64,000 bases of DNA, from IMG/VR virus record IMGVR_UViG_3300032156_000003, positions 22,330 through 86,329 of that record; one strand, given 5' to 3'. Made by a program: the position numbers and the translations under genes. This document shows, piece by piece, positions 30,098-39,313 of this stretch. Position 1 is the stretch's first letter. Each line of letters opens with the position of its first letter. Under the pieces are notes generated by a model. The model ran no database searches. It was not told the DNA's origin and worked only from the letters and a program-made list of their open reading frames with translations. The DNA is from a virus.

Positions 30098-31185
30098 CCT
30101 CCCAACGCGAGCCGTTCACCTGTCTCTATCGGGGCATCTGGAACGATGACAAATTCTGGCTGCGCTCGGAACTCGGGCAGCGTGTTTACCTCTACGTCCT
30201 GTCCACCCCTCTCGGTAACGGGCTCGGCTGTTTCAAGGCCGGGATGGCAGCGATGGCCGAAGACCTCCGAATGTTGCCGTCAAGGTTCGCCGAAGGTTTC
30301 GGGGAAGGTTTCGATGAACGTTACGGTGAACCTTTGTTCAACTATGACGAAGGGGCTCGGGTAGTTTTCATCCCGAAGTATTTGGAGCGCAACCCGCCGA
30401 GCAACCCGAACGGTATCCGGGCGCTCGCCAAGGCGTTCGTATCCATCCCGGACTGCAAACTGAAACACGATTGCTATCAAACGGTTAAGGCATTTGTCGA
30501 GAGAAAAAACCCAACAACCGAGGGTGGCGGGAAAACGTTCGCGCAAGCATTCGAGGAATCATTCGCTGAACCTTCATTGAACCATGCCGCCAACGTTGAC
30601 CGAACCATGCCGCTATGGTTCGAGGACTCACCAGGAATAAATACCGTTCCCGTTCCCCTTCCCGTTCCCTTGGCCGTTCCCGATACCTGTACCGGGAGCG
30701 CGAGCCGCGCTCCTCGCACACCCGCGCGTGTCGTATACGACCTAGAAGATCCAAGGGGATTTGAAGACGATTGGGATTGGGAGAACCTACCGGAAGAACT
30801 AACCGACCAACTATCGGCATCCCTGTCGGATGTCTCACACGAACTCGCGGTGCGGTTGCTATGGTACTGGCCGATGGTCGGACCGCAGTGGGCAGAAGAG
30901 ACGGCCGTCCAAACCCTAAAACTCTACGTCGACAAGGGGGTGGACGTGAAGTTTGCGCTGGCACAGGCGGCGGCGAGATACCATCGCTCGGACACGATGG
31001 TGCATTCTCTTCGCGGCTCACTGTCGTCATGGATGTCCAACGACCTTGACAAGCTGAAAAAGACCAACGGAAAAGGTGGCGGATACGTCGAACCTCCGAA
31101 AAAACAAGCGGCGTGGGAAATCGAGGCGACTCGGATGCAAAAACTGTGGGACGAAAAACATGGCAAAAAACCCGCAGCCGGTTGA
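30094..31185 (+). CDS. Phage replication initiator (wHTH N-terminus)
   Basis: 'IWND.KF....VYLY.LS.P..N.LG.F', 'YD....V.IP.Y...NPP.NPN', VPVPLPVP linker; upstream of DnaB. Confidence 0.8.
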   Translation: MTSQREPFTCLYRGIWNDDKFWLRSELGQRVYLYVLSTPLGNGLGCFKAGMAAMAEDLRMLPSRFAEGFGEGFDERYGEPLFNYDEGARVVFIPKYLERNPPSNPNGIRALAKAFVSIPDCKLKHDCYQTVKAFVERKNPTTEGGGKTFAQAFEESFAEPSLNHAANVDRTMPLWFEDSPGINTVPVPLPVPLAVPDTCTGSASRAPRTPARVVYDLEDPRGFEDDWDWENLPEELTDQLSASLSDVSHELAVRLLWYWPMVGPQWAEETAVQTLKLYVDKGVDVKFALAQAAARYHRSDTMVHSLRGSLSSWMSNDLDKLKKTNGKGGGYVEPPKKQAAWEIEATRMQKLWDEKHGKKPAAG

Positions 31186-32566
31186 CGGACAGCGCGTCCC
31201 GCCGCACAACCTGGAAGCCGAAGCGGCCGTGCTCGGGGCGGTGCTCCTCAACAACGCGGCGTTTCACGTGGCGGCCCCGCGTATCACGTCGGCGGACTTT
31301 TACGCCTGGAAACATAGGTACATTTGGGATGCCATGTCCCGGCTGTCCAAGTTGGGCGAACCGATAGACGCCGTGACGGTCGGCAACGACCTGATACAAG
31401 CGGGGAACCTGGAGAAGTGCGGTGGTGCGCTTGCCCTGGACGGCCTGATAGAAGAGGTGGCGACCGTCGCCAACATCGAGCACTACGCGAAAATCATCGC
31501 GCGCAAGGCGGCGCTTCGGCGTGTCATCTACGCGGCGCAGACCATCGTGGCGGAAGCGTTCGCGAACGGCGGCGAGGACGAAACCGTTGAGGAGTTTCTG
31601 GCGCAGTCCCGCGCCGACTTCACTGTGGCGTCTCTGTCGCTGGCGTCCACGGGTAGCGTGTGCCAGTCGGCGAGCCAGGGGATGCACGATTTGTTCAACG
31701 CCTTGGAGGCTGGAAGGCCCATCGTCGACACCATGCCGATCGGGTTCGGTGGAATCAAGATTCCGAGAGGTACGCCGACGGTCATCGGTGGCCGCCCATC
31801 GAACGGAAAGAGTGTCGTGGCCATGACGGCAGCCCGCAACCTTGCGGCACAGGGGCGGAGTGGCATCTACTTCTCGCTGGAAGAGACGTCACGGGTTCAG
31901 TGGGCGCGGCTCGCGTGCCAGATGTCGGGCATCGCTGCGAAGCGGATCATCGAGTGCGACGTGCGAGGAAACGAATTCAAGGTGCTCGCGGACGCGGCGA
32001 GCGATGCGGCCCGGTTCAATCTCTACCTGTGCGACAGGACGGGTGTCGACTCCATGTTCATCCGGCAGGAAGCGGCGGCGCACAAGGAACGGCACGGCCT
32101 GGATTTCGTGGTCGTCGACTACATCCAACTGATTCGCGAGAAGGTGCGGTCGGGACAGGCGCGACACGAGAGGTACGCCGAGGCCATGCAAGGACTTGTG
32201 GACCTCGCCCGCGAACTGGACATCGCGGTTATCGTCGTCTCGCAGATTCGACGGAGCGAGTTCAAACCTGAAAAAGAGCCGTCTCCGCCGTCAATTGAGC
32301 AACTGAAAGAGACGGGCGAAATCGAGCAAGCGGCGAAGCTCATTCTGCTTTTGCACTACCCGTATTTCTACACGAAGAACATCGAGGGCGCGGAGCAAAA
32401 GCCGAACATCTTGCGGATGGACATCGCCAAGGACAGCATCGGAGAGGGCGGGGTACGGATGCTTCACGCCATCATGCCGCGCCTGTGGGTTGGGGACGTG
32501 GAAGCGGTGTACGAACCGGGTCAGCCGGACGAGGCGTATCGAGAGAATCGGCCAGGGGAGTATTGA
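31160..32566 (+). CDS. dnaB: Replicative DNA helicase DnaB
   Basis: 'PPHNLEAEAAVLGA', Walker A GRPSNGKS, FSLE, VVDYIQL, SQ..R, 'LKETGEIEQ.A'. Confidence 0.95.
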   Translation: MAKNPQPVDGQRVPPHNLEAEAAVLGAVLLNNAAFHVAAPRITSADFYAWKHRYIWDAMSRLSKLGEPIDAVTVGNDLIQAGNLEKCGGALALDGLIEEVATVANIEHYAKIIARKAALRRVIYAAQTIVAEAFANGGEDETVEEFLAQSRADFTVASLSLASTGSVCQSASQGMHDLFNALEAGRPIVDTMPIGFGGIKIPRGTPTVIGGRPSNGKSVVAMTAARNLAAQGRSGIYFSLEETSRVQWARLACQMSGIAAKRIIECDVRGNEFKVLADAASDAARFNLYLCDRTGVDSMFIRQEAAAHKERHGLDFVVVDYIQLIREKVRSGQARHERYAEAMQGLVDLARELDIAVIVVSQIRRSEFKPEKEPSPPSIEQLKETGEIEQAAKLILLLHYPYFYTKNIEGAEQKPNILRMDIAKDSIGEGGVRMLHAIMPRLWVGDVEAVYEPGQPDEAYRENRPGEY

Positions 32567-32576
32567 GGTCTCGGGA

Positions 32577-32606
32577 CTGACACCGCGTCCCCTCCCGTGG
32601 TAGAAT
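32577..32606 (+). promoter_or_regulatory. Putative sigma70 promoter for lysis genes
   Basis: CTGACA -35-like box and TGG-TAGAAT extended -10 upstream of the amidase. Confidence 0.45.
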
Positions 32607-32625
32607 CGCCCGAAAGGTAAAGCGG

Positions 32626-33417
32626 ATGACGAACACTAGCATCATGGTTGGCGGCTCCCCGGTGGACATCGGCATCCCTGTTATTCGGTGGACCGACCAC
32701 GGCGGGTTTGACGGCTACACGACCAAGGCCGTGACCGTGGAAGACCGCAAGACGGGGAAGGACCGGACCATCAAGGGACCGCGCTACAGCGCCCGCAAGG
32801 CTGGGCTGGCCTCGGTGTCGCAGTTGTTCGTGCACCACTCGGGCGGCGACGGGAAGAACCCCTCCGGCATGTACCAGACCTTGTGGATGGACCGGGGGTT
32901 GAGCGTCCAGTTCGCCATTGAGGATGACGGCCGGGTGTACCAGTTCCTTGACGCGGTGGAATGCGCCTGGCACGCCGGGGCTCACAACGGGATTTCGGTG
33001 GGCGCGGAGCTGTGCCTGTTCCCGGACGCGGCGGCTGACCCGGACTACTACAGCCCGGCGAACTGCAAGCGGCGGAACAACCTGCCCCACGCCATCCGGT
33101 ACGAGACGTTGCAGGGCTCGCCGCGCAAGGTATACGTCATGCCCGACGTTCAGGTGGACGCCTGCGCTCGGGTCATGGGAGGCGTGTGGGCGGCCGTGAC
33201 GAAGGCGCGGGGCGAGGCGACAACAGCCCCGATGTTCCCGCGCGTCAGCGGGGTGATACCGCGAGAGGTCATCGCGAACCCGAAAGAGCACGTCGGGATG
33301 ATAGCCCACCTTCACACGACCACCCACAAGTGGGATTGTGCGGGCTTCAACTATGAGGAAGCGGAGCGCCTTTGCGGCTTGTACGCATCGGCGTTTCGCA
33401 CAGCGCTAGGAGGTTAG
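32626..33417 (+). CDS. N-acetylmuramoyl-L-alanine amidase (Amidase_2 endolysin)
   Basis: 'VHHSG', 'S.QF.I..DG.VYQ', 'AWHAG..N..SVG.E', 'H......KWDC' Zn ligands. Confidence 0.9.
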   Translation: MTNTSIMVGGSPVDIGIPVIRWTDHGGFDGYTTKAVTVEDRKTGKDRTIKGPRYSARKAGLASVSQLFVHHSGGDGKNPSGMYQTLWMDRGLSVQFAIEDDGRVYQFLDAVECAWHAGAHNGISVGAELCLFPDAAADPDYYSPANCKRRNNLPHAIRYETLQGSPRKVYVMPDVQVDACARVMGGVWAAVTKARGEATTAPMFPRVSGVIPREVIANPKEHVGMIAHLHTTTHKWDCAGFNYEEAERLCGLYASAFRTALGG

Positions 33418-33419
33418 TT

Positions 33420-34259
33420 TTGTTGGACGAATACTTGAAGCAACAGAGGCAGGTGGAGCACGAACGGCGCGTCAAGCGCGAGAAGCGCGAGATGCTGATT
33501 ACGGGGTTGGTATTGCTCGCGGCGGCCATCGTCGCGGCGGCGTTGCTGTGGGCGTCGAATGTGCACGCGGCGGCCGAAACAGAGTTGACCCACAAGGGCA
33601 AGGCGTGGGTGGTTAGTGCAGGGCGCGCATTCGCGGCGATTACGCGGCGGGAGTCTCCGAAACATTGGTACGACTGCGGCGAGTTGACACCGGCTGGCGA
33701 GTGGAACGCTCGCGGCGAGCGCATAGCAGAAGCCGCCTTGCTCGCGATGAAACACCATGGGTTACACGTTGACCCCATGGGTTTACTCGCCGTCGCCTGG
33801 AATGAGAGTCGTGGAAACGCTTGCTCGATTGGCCCACGGACGCGGGCGCGAGCCGAGAAGATGGGACTCCTACCGGTTGGGAAGACTTGGCGAGAGTACA
33901 CCCGAGCGGACGTGCTCGCCGTGCTCGACAACCCCAAGTGGAAGGAACGCGGCAACGTGGCGGACGTCGGGGTGTGGCAGGATGTCTACCCGCCCTACGC
34001 GCGCATCCTCGACGACAGCGGCGACTTGACGTGTCTGCGACCGAAAAACGTCCGCTGTCGCATCCCACGGACGCATGAACTTGTGACCGTCGAGACGAGC
34101 GCGGAAGTGGGGGTTCACGGGATGCTAGTACGCTACTTCCATTTTCGGACTCGCGAGCCGTGGCTGTACTGGCCTTGGACGATTCGAGACAGCTACAGCC
34201 GAGCGGTCGAGGCGACAATCAAGGCGCTGAACGACGAAATGAAGAAGGGGAGAACATGA
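33420..34259 (+). CDS. Membrane-anchored lytic transglycosylase-like protein
   Basis: N-terminal TM; 'LAVAWNESRG' catalytic-Glu motif and 'D.G.WQ'. Confidence 0.55.
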   Translation: MLDEYLKQQRQVEHERRVKREKREMLITGLVLLAAAIVAAALLWASNVHAAAETELTHKGKAWVVSAGRAFAAITRRESPKHWYDCGELTPAGEWNARGERIAEAALLAMKHHGLHVDPMGLLAVAWNESRGNACSIGPRTRARAEKMGLLPVGKTWREYTRADVLAVLDNPKWKERGNVADVGVWQDVYPPYARILDDSGDLTCLRPKNVRCRIPRTHELVTVETSAEVGVHGMLVRYFHFRTREPWLYWPWTIRDSYSRAVEATIKALNDEMKKGRT

Positions 34260-34597
34260 GCGAAACCATCGAAATCATCGTGTCCGAAGACCTGCCTTGG
34301 GTGAACCGCAACGCGCCGCATCCGGGGCACCGGGAGATTGAGCGCATCGTGGCGACGTGCGAGGACAACCCGCGCGGGAACCATCCGAAGCGAGTTGTGG
34401 CCGCCAAGGTCGCGCTCGAAACGTGGATTGCCGAGAACGGCGGTCGCGTGCGGTCGCTGAACCCGACGAAGACCGACGACGGGTCGCCGGGGTTCCTCGC
34501 CGTCATCGAGGGGTACAAGCCGTTGCCGAGACAACGGCCCGTGGCGAGGGCTGGCGTCCATGCTCCGGCGGCGAACCGACTGGTCAAGGGCCGGTAG
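34256..34597 (+). CDS. Hypothetical protein
   Basis: GGAG RBS; ATGA overlap. Confidence 0.55.
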   Translation: MSETIEIIVSEDLPWVNRNAPHPGHREIERIVATCEDNPRGNHPKRVVAAKVALETWIAENGGRVRSLNPTKTDDGSPGFLAVIEGYKPLPRQRPVARAGVHAPAANRLVKGR

Positions 34598-34870
34598 ATG
34601 ACCGAGACCACCGCTGTCATCTTGCAAACGCCCGTGATATACGGCCCGACCGTGGTCTACGCACCCGGAACGTTCGGACATCCGTGCACGGTGGCGGGCG
34701 CGATGCAGGCGCAGAACCCGTGCGGCTGGGAGTTCTTCGCGTGCGAGACGTGCCTTCACTGGAAGGGCGGATGCGGGTGCAAGCGCAACGTGTTCATCTC
34801 GGTTGTCGGCGCGAACATGAGCGGGTGCAGGTTCTACGAGGCTGAGCGCAGAAAGCGGGAGACGCGATGA
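34598..34870 (+). CDS. Small Cys-rich hypothetical protein
   Basis: C..C.HW...C...C..Y pattern. Confidence 0.55.
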   Translation: MTETTAVILQTPVIYGPTVVYAPGTFGHPCTVAGAMQAQNPCGWEFFACETCLHWKGGCGCKRNVFISVVGANMSGCRFYEAERRKRETR

Positions 34871-35301
34871 CAACCGACCCCAACCGCCTTGACCACCTGC
34901 GCCGCCTGTGCGACCTCGTGAGCGACCCGGAAGCTCCATACGCCTACTCCACCCACGCGCAACCGGGGCAGGTCTACGCGAGCAACGGGCCGCCCTACCC
35001 GCCGCTCACGGTGATTGACTCGACAACGACGCCCATCAAAGAGTTGCTGTACCACCGGCAAACCGTGGCCGTGGACATCCACCCCGGCGAGGAACCCGAG
35101 CGCATCTCGGTCAACCGCATGGTAGGCGTGCTAGAGGACGGCCGCGAGGTGTGTATGGGCGAGGTGTGGGCGCTCCCGGACGTCATGTTGACGGCAGCCG
35201 AGCGCGGGCCGGTGAAGTGCGCGGCGTGCGGGATACTGGTCCGGGAGCTCCCGGTGTTCGACGATGCGGGGCTGGCCTATCACAAGGGGTGCGCGGGATG
35301 A
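34867..35301 (+). CDS. Hypothetical protein with C-terminal Zn finger
   Basis: CAACG...YHKGC. Confidence 0.55.
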   Translation: MTTDPNRLDHLRRLCDLVSDPEAPYAYSTHAQPGQVYASNGPPYPPLTVIDSTTTPIKELLYHRQTVAVDIHPGEEPERISVNRMVGVLEDGREVCMGEVWALPDVMLTAAERGPVKCAACGILVRELPVFDDAGLAYHKGCAG

Positions 35302-35648
35302 CGACCAAAGCGGACATCATCGCGGCGCAGCAAGCGGCGGCCGATGCCTACTACATCGCCGACCCCGTGACGGGCGCGTCGATCAAGCTCGGGCTCGGGT
35401 CCACCGGGACGGTCGTGACGATCGCGGGGCAGAAGTTCGACAGCGGCGCGGCGTGGGGACCGGAGCCAGCTGCCATCCCGTGTCAGGTGGAAGGGCTCGC
35501 GGACTACCTGGATACGCTCGGTATCTCAGAGACGGCGGCAATCAAGGGCAAGGTGAACGACCTGTGCGCATCTCTGAATCAGTTGATTGCCGACTTCGAT
35601 TCGAGTACGATTCCGACCACCGCGCCGACCGTTCCGCCCCTCCCGTAG
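35298..35648 (+). CDS. Hypothetical protein
   Basis: ATGA-coupled ORF ending just before a promoter region. Confidence 0.5.
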   Translation: MTTKADIIAAQQAAADAYYIADPVTGASIKLGLGSTGTVVTIAGQKFDSGAAWGPEPAAIPCQVEGLADYLDTLGISETAAIKGKVNDLCASLNQLIADFDSSTIPTTAPTVPPLP

Positions 35649-35657
35649 CGTCCCGAC

Positions 35658-35757
35658 CAGCAACAGTGCGGGTTCCCGGGGCTGAAAAAAACGACATAGG
35701 CCCTGTCGATTTTGCTGTCTTCGGCTTGACACGCGCAATGAGAGGCGCTATATATAG
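35658..35757 (+). promoter_or_regulatory. Strong early-type promoter with upstream conserved box
   Basis: TTGACA 35726-35731, GCAA 35735-35738, TATATA 35749-35754, A-tract; shares motifs with 60834-60923. Confidence 0.8.
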
Positions 35758-35788
35758 AGTAGGCGGACGGAAACAAAAGGGGAACGCG

Positions 35789-36496
35789 GTGGTTATCAGG
35801 GCAAAATACGACGGCAAGTGCAGGAAGTGCGGACAGTCGATTCGGGCGGGAGAGCAAATCGAGTGGAGTCGCGAGAGCGGTGCCGGGCACGTCACATGCC
35901 CGGCGAAAAAGGAGACCGCCCCAACGTTCGACGGCCCGACGTATAAGTTGTACGGCGGGTCGGGATACGGGTGCCGAGGCTGGCGCGTCGGCTCCGTGTT
36001 CGCAGCGAACCCGAAGCACCGCGCGGAGGGATGGCCGGAATTCGTCACGATTTTGACCGCCTCGTCTCGGTGCGTCTACGAGGACGGACTGTCGTTCGGC
36101 GTCGGAGATGACGAGGGGACGCTCTACTCCGCGACGGCACGGGCGGCAACGGAAGAGGAAGCAGTTCCGGTGCGTGAGAAGCTCGCGGCGGTGGAGAAAG
36201 CGGCGACGGCGACGGCAGTTCGCGACGCGGCGCTCAAGGAGCTGTGCGGACTGTGCCGCGCCGGCCTCCGCGTCGGAAACGACAGCGTGGATATACCGAT
36301 CGGAGAGCAGATAGTGGTGCTTACAGGAAGCGGTGGCAGTGGTCGCGAAGTCGTGGTGGTCGACGACGTCCAGGTGTCGTGGTGGTGCTCAGGATACTAC
36401 GACGATTACCGCCGGTCGCTGTACACGACGACGGCCGCGCGGGCCGTCGAGTTGGCTCGGATGCTGAAGGAGATGGGAACAGGAGCAGGAGCATGA
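35789..36496 (+). CDS. Hypothetical early protein with N-terminal Zn finger
   Basis: 'AKYDGKCRKCG..I..GE.I.W......H..C'; AGGGG RBS. Confidence 0.65.
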   Translation: MVIRAKYDGKCRKCGQSIRAGEQIEWSRESGAGHVTCPAKKETAPTFDGPTYKLYGGSGYGCRGWRVGSVFAANPKHRAEGWPEFVTILTASSRCVYEDGLSFGVGDDEGTLYSATARAATEEEAVPVREKLAAVEKAATATAVRDAALKELCGLCRAGLRVGNDSVDIPIGEQIVVLTGSGGSGREVVVVDDVQVSWWCSGYYDDYRRSLYTTTAARAVELARMLKEMGTGAGA

Positions 36497-36576
36497 AGAA
36501 CCTAAAAAAAGACCACCGATTGCAGGTCCAGTTTGACCGCCAGATGGTGCGTTGGCTCGCGACCGAGGCCGCCTAG
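36493..36576 (+). CDS. Very short ORF, possibly a truncated ribbon-helix-helix protein
   Basis: AGGAG RBS; MKNLKKDHRLQVQFDRQMVRWLATEAA* looks like an RHH strand plus helix A only. Confidence 0.3.
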   Translation: MKNLKKDHRLQVQFDRQMVRWLATEAA

Positions 36577-36588
36577 TCTCCATCCCGT

Positions 36589-36617
36589 TTGACTTTCTCA
36601 ATCATCGGCCGTACATT
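36589..36617 (+). promoter_or_regulatory. Sigma70-like promoter
   Basis: TTGACT-17 nt-TACATT. Confidence 0.7.
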
Positions 36618-36634
36618 CCCTACATGATGCTTCA

Positions 36635-36719
36635 CACCTCCAAGTGAATCGCCGAGAGGTCAATCGAGAGTCCCCCCACTCTCACTGTCCACCTCATCTC
36701 GGCGGTTCTCTTGGGGGTG
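36635..36719 (+). ncRNA. Long structured RNA hairpin / leader
   Basis: CACCTCCAAG/CTTGGGGGTG, GAATCGCCGAGA/TCTCGGCGGTTC, GGT/ACC, GAGAGT/ACTCTC; the non-Watson-Crick pairs in the two long stems are G-U. Confidence 0.6.
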
Positions 36720-36742
36720 CGAGGTGTCGAGAGGAATGAAAC

Positions 36743-36994
36743 ATGGAATTGTCGGCAGAAGGAATCCAGTGTCTAGACGAATTGCTACGGGCCGTCGCGT
36801 CGGCGAAGAGCAACACGGAAGATGAACTCGCTTCCAGTCGAGATGAAATTGATAGACTTCGTGGCGAGGTGAAAGTTCTCACCATCGCCCTGAAACACAA
36901 GCGCGACGAATTGAAGTTGAAGGGCAAGTCGCCTTGGCAGAAAATCTGCGATTGGATTGCGAGCATTTTTAGGCGTTCGAACCGAACGGCGTGA
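36743..36994 (+). CDS. Coiled-coil hypothetical protein
   Basis: GAGG RBS; C-terminal 'SPWQKICDWI..IF'. Confidence 0.6.
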   Translation: MELSAEGIQCLDELLRAVASAKSNTEDELASSRDEIDRLRGEVKVLTIALKHKRDELKLKGKSPWQKICDWIASIFRRSNRTA

Positions 36995-36997
36995 TTC

Positions 36998-37097
36998 GCG
37001 CTGTTTGCCGTGTCTCGGAGTTGCCGTTTGCTGACATCCTTTCCGTGCCGCATTCGGATCGACCTTCTCCGGGACACGGTCAACCGCGCGACAGCGC
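36998..37097 (+). ncRNA. Second long structured RNA hairpin
   Basis: GCGCTGT/ACAGCGC plus 13-bp CCGTGTCTCGGAG/CTCCGGGACACGG (one G-U). Confidence 0.55.
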
Positions 37098-37113
37098 AGA
37101 ACCGAGGGGAAAC

Positions 37114-37401
37114 ATGGCAACACCGATTTTTGTTCCGCAGTTGGGAGACTCCGTCCGCGACAGCATCTCGGGATTCGAGGGTGTTGTCATCGGCATCACC
37201 GAGTGGCTGTACGGATGCCGACGTTGCGGCGTCCAGTCGACGGCGCTTCACGAGGGCAAGCCGATTTCCGCCGAGTGGTTCGACAGTCCGCAACTCCGTG
37301 TCACCTTGTCCGCCAGAGACGGCGACAACGCGGCGGAGCCGGGGAAACCGGGCGGACAGCGAGACGACAAGGCGAGTGCGCGTAAGGACCCGACGCGATA
37401 G
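37114..37401 (+). CDS. Small SH3/KOW-like phage protein
   Basis: GAGGGG RBS; 'LGD.VRD.ISGF.GVV.G.TEWLYGC.R..VQ.......WFD..L'. Confidence 0.7.
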   Translation: MATPIFVPQLGDSVRDSISGFEGVVIGITEWLYGCRRCGVQSTALHEGKPISAEWFDSPQLRVTLSARDGDNAAEPGKPGGQRDDKASARKDPTR

Positions 37402-37404
37402 CCG

Positions 37405-37935
37405 ATGCCCTACCGCGACAAAGACTTCCTCGCCTTCGTCCACACCGCACGTCGCGACGGTCTGTGTGTTGCGTGCGAGTCGCGGCCGTGGAGCCAACTT
37501 CACCATTGCGGCTCCGATGGTGGTGTGGGGCTCAAGCCGTCGGACTACCTAGTTGCGCGCATCTGCGGCGAATGCCACCGGACCGCGCCGTACAACTTGA
37601 AACTGCGGTCGCTTTTGAAGGCGCACCACGAAGGGCTCGCAGCGACCTACCTCTCCGACGCGGCCGACTCCCTGTCCCTATGGTCCGCCCACCTCGAAAG
37701 CCGCCTGGCCGAATTCGAGGCGAACGGTTGTGCGCGTGACGAGTTGGTCACCTGGCTCATGGATTACGACGCAACCGACCTGGCAGGCGCGGAGGCGTGG
37801 CTTCTCGCGTGGGCGCACCGTCGGCACGCGAACGCGCTGGAAGGGCTCTGCGAGGCGTTGGGCGAGGTCACGAGGGCGACAGATTTGGAAGGCGCGCGGT
37901 TCATCGCGGACCGGGCGCTCAAGGCGTGGGGGTAG
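37405..37935 (+). CDS. DUF968 / HNH-like Zn-binding protein
   Basis: 'FLAFV...CVAC......HH.....G.G.KPSD.....C..CH'. Confidence 0.7.
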   Translation: MPYRDKDFLAFVHTARRDGLCVACESRPWSQLHHCGSDGGVGLKPSDYLVARICGECHRTAPYNLKLRSLLKAHHEGLAATYLSDAADSLSLWSAHLESRLAEFEANGCARDELVTWLMDYDATDLAGAEAWLLAWAHRRHANALEGLCEALGEVTRATDLEGARFIADRALKAWG

Positions 37936-37958
37936 ACATGAACAGAAAGGAAGGGGAT

Positions 37959-38255
37959 ATGCGAAAGGTAAGAATCGGAGAGGTGACGGTAGACAACTGC
38001 AACATCAAACGGGCTGTTCTCGACGATGAGACGGGAGACGCACTTCGTTGCTGGCACCGGGTCGACGTGGTTTGCACAAGGGTCTGTGCCGCTTGCCATG
38101 TTGAGCGCGGCGCTTGCCATCAACGCGATCCGCGATACGGGCACACCGAATTCGAGAAGGACACGGTTGCGACGATGGTTCACTGTTTGGCGAACGGTGG
38201 ATTTCTGATTGGTATCTTTGACGAAGAGGTTCAGCCTCCCACGTCCGAAACTTGA
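37959..38255 (+). CDS. Cys-rich hypothetical protein
   Basis: GGAAGGGG RBS; C...C...CAAC. Confidence 0.5.
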   Translation: MRKVRIGEVTVDNCNIKRAVLDDETGDALRCWHRVDVVCTRVCAACHVERGACHQRDPRYGHTEFEKDTVATMVHCLANGGFLIGIFDEEVQPPTSET

Positions 38256-38286
38256 AAATCAATTTCGCTTCTGATATACATTGAAA

Positions 38287-38730
38287 ATGGAGTCCGTAAT
38301 CAGTCCCGTGGACGTGCGTCAACTGCTTCTGTCCATTCTGCGCGCCGACGCGACTCCTCCGAAAATCCGACCGGGTCACGTAGCGACATGCGAGGGGATC
38401 AACGTGGCCCGGCGGTCATTAACTGGCGAGTTGTCCCTGAGATGCTTTCGCGCGGCGCACGGGACGGCACCTCAATACGCCTCGATTCAGTCGGCGCTCT
38501 GCAAGCTCGTAGGAGGCTTTCCGAAGTGCACGACGTGTGGCGGCAAGGGTTGGCTGGCTATCGACGGCAAGGAAGCTCGGGAGGCGGCCTTGAAGTCGCT
38601 GGCGTTCGGCGCGTTCCGGGGGATACGATTCGAGTCGCTGTCTTCGGCAGATGAACTACTCAAGCAGTCGAGCATGTTGGACCTAATATCAGACGGGACG
38701 AATTGTGGCAAAAAAACAGTCACCATCTGA
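38287..38730 (+). CDS. Hypothetical protein with CxxCxGxG motif
   Basis: CTTCGGKGW. Confidence 0.45.
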   Translation: MESVISPVDVRQLLLSILRADATPPKIRPGHVATCEGINVARRSLTGELSLRCFRAAHGTAPQYASIQSALCKLVGGFPKCTTCGGKGWLAIDGKEAREAALKSLAFGAFRGIRFESLSSADELLKQSSMLDLISDGTNCGKKTVTI

Positions 38731-39313
38731 GTTGCGCGCACGTCGAGCTGCTCTGTTCGAGGCATTATGCTCAATCGTGCGAGAAGAATGCCAACCTCCA
38801 ACAATGACCGCGTTGAAGTCGCGCACTGGTACTGGGAAGAACACTCTTCTCGCCGACCTCGCGATACTGATACAGAACGGAATGGTCAAGCGAATCTCGA
38901 ACCTCTACAGCAAGGGCACGACCGGATATTCATGGGTGCCCACCTCTCGCCATCTCGCGCACGGAATCGGCTTCTGTTCGAGTGATGGGTGTGACGCGGA
39001 CCCTGTTCTTGTCGTAGCGGGGCATGCTCTGTGCTCTCAATGCTCGCACGGGCCGGTGGACCGGGAGCACGGCGGAGGGCAGTTTCGCAGTGACGTAGAC
39101 GAGGACCGCACGGCGCGGGAAATGGTCGCGTCGGGCTACAACGCGGCGTGCTACGCTGGCGGGTGGGAGCCATCGGACGGAGAGAAAGAAACGCGGGCGG
39201 TCGCTATCCCGAGGATGAAAAGTGCGCTGTACCCTCGCAAGTGTTCGGCCCGAATTCCCGGCCTGTCGCTCCCCACGATGACCCCGTCCGAGGTTGAGGT
39301 GGAGTTCGGCTAG
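38705..39313 (+). CDS. Winged-helix protein with Zn finger
   Basis: LexA-like 'PPTM..L....G.........L..L...G.V.R' then C...C / C..C. Confidence 0.55.
   Translation: MAKKQSPSELRARRAALFEALCSIVREECQPPTMTALKSRTGTGKNTLLADLAILIQNGMVKRISNLYSKGTTGYSWVPTSRHLAHGIGFCSSDGCDADPVLVVAGHALCSQCSHGPVDREHGGGQFRSDVDEDRTAREMVASGYNAACYAGGWEPSDGEKETRAVAIPRMKSALYPRKCSARIPGLSLPTMTPSEVEVEFG

Noticed and set aside
35681-35691. Self-target of the pentamer tract (GC.GA.AA.AA gapped match here and at 60857)
   Set aside because: Only four low-complexity dinucleotides match and the flanks do not; compatible with chance.
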